From positions 28,954,001-29,018,000 of the forward strand of contig CAIIXF020000001.1 of the NCBI GenBank assembly GCA_903813345.2: a DNA stretch of 64,000 nt, in the 5' to 3' direction. Within the stretch, counting starts at the first letter, position 1. The number at the start of each line of letters is the position of its first letter. Source of the stretch: Owenia fusiformis. Its lineage: Eukaryota. The position numbers and the translations under genes are program-made. Of this stretch, positions 25,301 to 34,300 are shown piece by piece. Under the pieces are notes generated by a model. It had not been told where the DNA came from. It made no database searches and worked only from the letters and a program-made list of their open reading frames with translations.

Positions 25301-28300
25301 TGGGGAGGGGTTCTACAACTACAAGTTATACATTTTTTACAAATTCATGTGACTATTAACCTCTAAAGGAGCTCTTCTTTACCTAGAGAGCATAACACAT
25401 AAGTGTTATTTTGGACCCTACCTTTATACTCATTAAAGAAAGTGAAATGTAAGAACCTGATTATCAAGCGATGTTGCCATAGCAACTGAAATATTAGACA
25501 TATTACATAAATGATATGATGAATTATTTTATCTTCACTTCTAATCATGCTATATGCTTCAGAGAGTGTAAGAACCAAGAATATGAAGAAAATGATGAAA
25601 ACACACAAAATAATACATTTCTAAGGTAACAAATAGTGTTCTATAACTGTTGCTATAGCAACGGATTAATATTTTTTCTTGATTTTCACCATACATATTA
25701 AGCATCATAATAAAAATACTTCCTGAAAATTTCAAGTCTATATCTTTATTAGTGTTTGAGATATAAAGGTGTCTTATAGTACCCCCTGTAGATTTTATTA
25801 GGGGGTATAAGAAATGCTCTGTAGAGAGTTGCCCAAGTGTGCCGCTCCGGCATTCAGTGGTTTTGAGGTCCCAACCCTATATTCATGCTGAATAGTTCAA
25901 AAAACATTGTAATACGAAGAAAACGATTGATCCTCAAAATACCCCATATTTCTTCCAGACTATAATGAATTCAAATGACAACAGAAACTGTATGATCTTA
26001 GAAAGGTATGAAATAAGTCCCCTGATTGACAACTACTTGTGTTTCAGCTTCAGTTTTGTCTTTATTAAAAAGTTCATGTGAATGCAAGTCACTTTATAAA
26101 TCACAACCTTTGAAAGTGTTATGCTTTTTTGAATTTTTGAATGATATAATATCCTAAGTACACCGAATAAAAGAAAAATAAATTTGTTTTTTTCACCTCC
26201 CACCCTACCTTTTTTAGGGTGTTAACAAACATGATTTACTTTGAATGGCCTTACCTGCCATTGAGGCTGGTCATCTCTCTTATATAGAACTCTGTACATG
26301 ATTGGATTGATTGGTTTATCTCCATTTGGCTCCCAAGTAACATTGATTGCAACACTGCTCTCAACAATGAGCTTCACCTTATTTACAGCATAAGGGACCA
26401 CTGGAATAAGATAATATATTGGCTTTTTAGATAAATGTATGAAGAAAAGCACCAACCATCTCAAATTTTGAATTGCTTTACTTGGTAAAAAGTGTTTTAG
26501 GTTTTCATATATACACCCTATGCAGACAGAGCCTGTGGGAAATATTGGGTGCGGAGCAAATGAGCGGAGGGTGCGGAGCTAACGGTCATTTTTGAATTTA
26601 AATTTGGGATATTTCTGAAACTAAGCCGTTTTGGGACTTCAAATATACCAAGATATGTGTATTTGACACCAAATATCAATACAATTGTGAAAATAGTAGC
26701 GCAATTCATTCTATAGCGACGCAGTGTGCCTTAAACCTTTCCCAGACCTATATCTTTTGAAATTATCCTTTTAATACTGAGTCCCCAGCATTCATAAAAA
26801 ATGGTGTTCAAGGAACACTATCTATACAAATTATTTTTGCATCTTGGAAGCCAGGCAGTATCTGTGTGATTTCATAAAAATTCGGAAATGTTTTTCAGAT
26901 ATGAGCCCCTTCTAAATATTGGGTGCGGAGCAGCTCCATAAACGTACCTCCCCACCCAATATTTAGAGGGGGCTCATATCTCAAGAACATTTCCGAATTT
27001 TTATAAAATCACACAGATACTGCCTGGCTTCCAAGATGCAAAACTAATTTGCATGGGTAGTGTATCTTGAACACCATTTTTTATGAATGCCGGGGACGCA
27101 GTATTAAAAGGATAGTCTCAAAATATATAGGTCTGGGAAATGTTTAAGGCATACTGCGTCGCTATAAAATGAATTGCACTACTATTTTCACAATTTTATT
27201 GATATTTGGTGTCAAATACACATATCTTGGTATATTTGAAGTCCCAAAACGGCTTAGTTTCAGAAATATCCCAATTTAAAATTCAAAAATGACCGTTAGC
27301 TCCGCACCCTCCGCTCATTTGCGCCGCACCCAATATTTCCCACAGGCTCTGTCTGCATAGGGTGATATACAAATAATTGACTTAGAATTGGCCTTAACGT
27401 TGATTGCAACACTGCTCTCAACAATGAACTTCACCTTATTTACAGCTTAGGGAACCACTGGAAGATAATACATTGGTTCTCTAGATATCTAAATATACAG
27501 GGTGTCAAATAAGTCCCGTCCCCCCTGCTACAGCTTGCACCTTAACAGACAGTACCTAGTGTGATATACCATTGGAAAGATCATCCAAAGTTATGTTAAC
27601 TCACCAACTCTCAAGTATTTTGGATGAAATTTACTTATATTTTAATGATGTCTTTTATAGTTAACGTGCCCTCCTTTATGTAGCTTTTTTGCGTCAAAAT
27701 GACAAGGATATGACCTCAGAAATACGTCAAAAAGTTAATCTTTTTCGCATTCCACTTGTTACAAAAAGGTTTTCACCACTTTCCTTGCACCTCTATTAAT
27801 ACACATCTAACCCTATCCAGAAATTGGTTAAATTCATCGCCATAAACATATTTAGTCATCTTTTGGTCCCTTGACCTTTCTTATACCAGATTCTTAAAAT
27901 CCTGCCAAATACGCCAAATTGCCATATTTCTAGGCATATGGTCACCTCAATTAATACAATGTAAAAATTTGTGAGATTGATTGACATGTGTCAGATATAT
28001 GCCAATCAACGTAACTTTGGAAGACCTTTCCAATGATATATCACACTTGGTACCAAATATCTTGGTTTTGGCTGTAGAGGGGGGGACGGGACTTATTTGA
28101 CACCCTGTATAAAGAATTACTTAAAGGCAGAATCTGATCTATAGGGGGTGACAAAATTACAAGCAACATATAATTGACCTACCAATCTATTCCTTACAAT
28201 ATCAAATACAATATCTCCCAAAATATTTACGATCTGTTATAAATTGGTGAAGTTATTAATGATTCAAAGTGCAAAAATGAGTGAAAAATGTTTAAATTCT

Positions 28301-31300
28301 CTCAAATAATAAGAATGGTTACCATTCTTATAGAAAAAAATAGTACATTATTGTAAAAATCTTTAGTTTTCCTGGAATAAAGTATGCACTTTTGTGATTT
28401 TTAGAAAATAGACATGACAAGGAATGACATGAGCCAAAAATATTCTAAAATTGAAACAATTTTTTGTTTAGCCTGCTCGCTATATCTGATTCTTTCTTTA
28501 ATTACTTTAACTTCATCTCAATTGTGCAACAGTTCAAGTGTAAATGTAAATCATAGAGCGGGTAGGTGGTTAAATACTGTTTAAGGGTGTTCCTTGGGTG
28601 TTTGTGTAGGGTGCTATGTCCACCATAAGGCACCAGCATATAAATCTGAACCAAATCCATTGACTGGTAGATTAGATCAGAGATTACCAAAAAATGGCAG
28701 CCATTTTGAATTCAGTTGCCATCTTGGAAAATTCTTTTTGAGTGGAGTCCTTTGTCCCTAAGGCATCAGTATTTTAATTTTGATCCAAATATACTGACTG
28801 GTATTTGAGTTATCAAAAATTTTGATAATATCTAACTTTTATTGACAAACAATATAATTATTTCAACTAATTAATTATACAATATTCTACATTTTTTAAC
28901 ATGCAGTAATGCAATAATTGTATTATCAGGAGCTGTGCAATTGACATGATATGTACATATGTACATGCAGAAAGATGTACTTAAGAGCAGAAAACAAACA
29001 CACTTTTGTTTGACAACAATTGATTAAGTACTGACAATGGTATTACATAACTATTTACACAAATTTTCTTTGCAAAATATTGGAAATAATTTAAAATAGT
29101 CACATGCTGCTATTTGTATAGAAATAATTAGTCATCATTTCACCAAACAAAAGTACCATCTTTAAATCAAAAATGCTTTTCAAATTAACTTCCAGAAACA
29201 TTGGGATAGTCACTATACAAGCAAAAACATGGATTTAATAAAGGAATCATAAAAAGCTCAATAAGCAAATATGGCCATGTGATCCACTAAATAAATGCAT
29301 TGGGAGAATAATGGGTGGGGTTCCAGAAAATTTAATTCAGAAAAACAACAAGACACAGGGTGAACTGCACCCTTTGAACCTGTAGAAAAGCCTCAACAGG
29401 CAAGATTTAAGGATTGAAAATCTAAAATGGCCGCCTTAACATTTAACAAGAATGCCCAAAAACTAATCAGTTCTAAACGTTCACATGTCATGCATGTAGA
29501 AATATCTCTAAAATTTCAGATGAATCCATGAAACAGTTTGAAACCTGTAGAAAAGCTTCAACACACAAGATTTTAGGATGAAAAATTCAAAATGCTGACC
29601 TTAACATTTACTCAGAATGCCCAAAAACTAATCAGTTTTTAAGTTTATACATACTGTACATACATGCTTATAAGTAGTTGGATGTGTAGAAAACATAGTA
29701 TCCTCTTATGTACTAAAAGACAATACTTGTGATGATGATGTCACAAACAAGATATATCTGTTTCATTTCAAGAATGCATAGAGTGCAATAAGGGATTAGT
29801 AAAATTAATAATGTTAAAGCGGCTAAAAATAACCTAGACACCAAGTCTATTATCAGTTAGTAATATGTATATTTCATCCAAGACAAGAATGGTAGGGGAA
29901 GTCACAAAGTTGCTCCTTCTTGGCACTTTGGATTTCCAAGGTACGGATTTCCAGGGTATGAAGTTGTCAAAGTTTTTTTGATTGAAAATCTAACTGGTAA
30001 AACATTTGGCTGATTTAAGTATCTCAGTCTAAGACCCACAAGTCTGTGAAAGCAGAACAGCCGACACAAAAGGCTTAAAGAAAAAATCATCTTGGGTGTC
30101 TAGATGATCTAAAAGGCAATAAATCTTACTCATTGTAGCAAGGCTTTCTATATGAATGCAGGTGGATTAATGCATACTACTCTATATAAACAAGCATTTA
30201 AGCACCAGTCACCAACCAGCATGTAGAAGTTAACACTCACTATTTGCTTCCATGTCTATTCTCTCTCTTGCAGTGGTTTTACCAATATCATTGATACAAT
30301 CAATTTGTAAATAAAGGTAAAGCCTGGCAGAAATATGAGTAAAGTTACAATGATTTGAAGAACAGATGCAATTGGATTTATGCTCCTTGTCTTCAGATGT
30401 ACATGGTGTCAATCCTCCAGAGCTTGGGTGCCTGCAAAAACACAAAAGTTAAGATGACAACACAAATAATAGATTTAATAATAAATACTCACTGTGATCT
30501 TTCATAACTATCTGATGATGATGTTGGGGAAGTTCTCCAAGCGCATTCTTTATTGTCATAAACAAATACAATATTTGCTGACTAGCTACAATCCTTGAGA
30601 AATAGCAATAATTCTCAGTACAGCTGCACATGGATTCAGTTCCACCACATTGATGCAGTTTACCGCGAAATCTGTAAAAAGATCTGCATCTGCATACAAA
30701 AATGAATCCCTTTTCAAATTTAAATCTAAATCTTTCAAAAGCGAATAGAATCAATGATTCCCAGTCCTCTGAAGTTTGAAAGTATGTACCTGGGTGCTAA
30801 TCCATAGATAATCCTTGAAAATGAGAAATATTTTTGGGGATTATATAAAGCAATCTTATACATGTAGTCAATAAAATGTTTTAAAGAGTATTGACGTTTT
30901 TGGATGAATGACGTAAGCAAAATGGTTGAAAAACCTTGACACCCCCCCAAAAAAAATTGAAAAATTTTTTTTTTGAAAATTTCTTATTGAAAATTTTTTT
31001 TGTTATATTTTTTTTCATAGACTTACACACTTTGAAGGTGCCTAGAAAGCAACAAATAGGATCTTTTGTTTATTCAGCAGTAATATTAAAATTATAAAAT
31101 TGTAAAATTTTCTTGGGGGAGTGGGCCACCCCTCACACACCCACAAAACAATTGAAAAATCTGAATTATTGTATTATTGTCTCAGACACTTTTAAAGGGC
31201 CCAGACATCATCAAAGGCACCTTGATACAGTAAATGTTTCTGGGGAACAAACACTTGCGCTCCCTCTGACACCCCCACCCCACCTCCCCCGCTGGAATTC

Positions 31301-34300
31301 CCCTTTGACACCCCCCCAAAAAAACTGTCTTGTGGGCATGATGCTGTATACAAAACTACAAGAAACAAAGTTGATGTGCCTTCCTACTTGTCTTCGGTGT
31401 ACACTGTTTCCAGACACAGGGTACTTTGGCATGCAGAGCTGTACAAGAGCATAGCTGTGTGTCACTAAATGAATGTTACTTACAGAGAGCTATACACAGA
31501 CCTGAAGATTATTGCACAAAATGCACTTACAAAAAGCTGTATGAAACAGTGGTTGCTGTATGCAGGAAGGTAGCATTCTTCTGTTCAGGTTCCCAAGAGA
31601 CATGTCCATCATTCCAGTTATTAAACCGAGCACGAAAATTTGTTGGTTTCACTGGTTTCCCTGGAAAAGATAAGGCAATAACATAATATGGTGACTTTCA
31701 TAGAGTTATATGCATATATATGTAAAATATCACTTTTACAAAGAATCTGTTGTGGGGCAATGAAATAACTATACAGTGCCTGTATATTCTATCAGATGCT
31801 TATAGATTAAAAGATGTCATAAGAACAAAAATGCTCAAATTGAATGATCACAAAAAGAAACTGAAACCATCAATGGTACTAGTTCCTGGATGAAGTTGGA
31901 TAAATGTGACATCTTTTTAACCAATTGTATTGCTACCATTGTATAAGGTTACTATAAAAGAGGTCTCTTCAGATGCCTTTGTCGTAAGTGTTCTGGGAAG
32001 CACACCATCAGATTGCAAGACAAATTTTAATTGAACAAAGTCTGAAAATTAGCGACATTTCATTCATTTACTTCTTTTATATTTCTAATCAGAATTTTGA
32101 TCAAAAAAATAAAAGTTGACTCAAGTAACTTGAGTGTGTGAGTCACAAAATAATTCGGTTTATTACTAGCACTATATATTTGATTACAACCACACAATAT
32201 TGTAAATTACAAGAAACATTCAATCATTCACAGAAATAATGTCTCACCAGGTTTAACGGTAATTATCACTAGGTTCAATTCACTTGAGAAGTTTTATATA
32301 TATTTTAAAATGCAAATAATATACTGCCCTTTACAGCTTTACTACTTTACACAATGAGAGATTTCTTCATGTTCTTCTGAGAACAACAAGTATAATTTGA
32401 AATACAGATAAAACACTTTTAAACTACACGTTTAAACTACACGTACAATGTATATTAAAGTGAATAAGATAAAAATCATTTAATTCTGAAGTACTGGTAT
32501 ATCAAGATTGCATGTGGTAATATTAGAACAGCCCTTCACCATAGGTTGATTATTAGGTATTTGATAAGTATGAACTATTATGAAGGAATGACACAGGACA
32601 CAAGATAATTCCTCAAGGTTGTTCAGAATACTATCATGTCATAGCCAGCTTTTGCCTCAGGAGTTTGATTTTTGACAAAAGTCCAGGCAGTTTGACAATG
32701 TTGGCCCAAAATCACTTAAAATATGCTCAAAATGGTTAAGACTGCTCAAATATGTTTGCCAATGAAAAATATATTTGAACGAGAGGACCATGTCAGTCTG
32801 TTAAAGGAAATTACATTATATCTTATCATTTATTTGAGTCCACAAGTACAAGTATTTCCTTGAATACATGTCAATAAAAAGGTTTCTGCTGAACACTCTA
32901 ATCAGGTTTAATATTTAATCCAACCTTTTGCAGTTTAAAATTCTCATTATTCCAATATATAGCAAAATGTCCAAAATGTCCCCACCAATGGGTGATCCCG
33001 TCTAATGGTTATCCTAAAAATGAGTAGACAAGACTTAATTTAAGGATGGAAAATCCAAAATGGCCACCTTAAAATTTACCCAGAATGCCATGAAAATTTG
33101 AAATTGATCCGTCACACAGTTAACCAGAAAACATGTAAACAAGACTTTACAGACAAGATTTTAGGATGGAAAATCCAAAATGGCTGCGTTGACATTTACC
33201 CAAAATGTCAAAAAACTAATCAGTTTGTAGATTTTCATACTAAAATTTTACTCGAGTCTCTAGCTTACAGCTAGACGAAACTTCATTGATTTCGTATGTA
33301 CTGTGCTACACGCACCTACACGCACCTAGAACTCATTTTTAATAAATTTTATAAATATTTTTAAGAATATTAATCATATTTAGGATGAAGCGTTGCTTGT
33401 CTGGATTTAGATATTTCAAAATTTCATTTCGGAGTTTGACACATGGTGAAATTTTCTCGCTGTAGCTAAAAATGGCTTCCGGTTCTGGACGTGAATAACA
33501 TTTGAAATTATTCTCGCTTAAAGAAATCAAATATAACAATAGATTCAGACGGGGATGTGAGCTGATGTTCTTCAAATCTATACATAAAGGTATATTTCAT
33601 ATTATTATGCCATATTTACTGTGCGTGTGACACAATGATTTACAATATTTATAATACTAAGGCAGCTCAATCTTCCTCCTCAAAGCCGGAATATAGAGAA
33701 GGCTTTGGACCGAAGTAACTAAAATTCATCCCTGAAAATATGAAATTGATCTTCCGAACAGTTCACCTTAAAACGCATAGACAAGACTTTACAGACAAGA
33801 TTTTAGGACAGAAGATCCAAAATTGCTGCCTCGACATTTATGCAAAATGCCAAAAAACTAATCAGATGTAGATTTTCATACTAAGAATCATCCCTGAAAA
33901 TTTGAAATTGATCTACCAAACGGTTCACCTTAAAACGCGTAGACAAGACTTTACAGGCAAGATTTTAAGACGGAAAATCAAAAATGGCTGCCTTGACATT
34001 TATCCAGAATGCCAAAAAACTAATCAGATCTAGATTTTCATACTAAGAATCATCCCTGAAAATTTGAAATTGATCTACAGAACGGTTCACCTGGAAATGC
34101 GTAGACAAGTCTTTACAGACAAGATTTTAGGACAGAAAATCCAAAAATGGCTGCCTTGACATTTACCCAGAATACCAAAAAACTAATCAGATCTAGATTT
34201 TTATACTAAGAATCATCCCTAAAAATTTGAAATTGATCCACCAAACGGTTCACCTGAAAACGCGCAGACAAGACTTCACAGACAAGATTTTAGGACGGAA

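Larger units (their letters stand above)
21916..25962. mobile_element. Long-TIR non-autonomous element, Academ-like
   Basis: TA(T/G)TCTGG termini, TAA on both flanks, inverted arms of several hundred bp (21916-22570 vs ~24960-25962). Confidence 0.75.
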
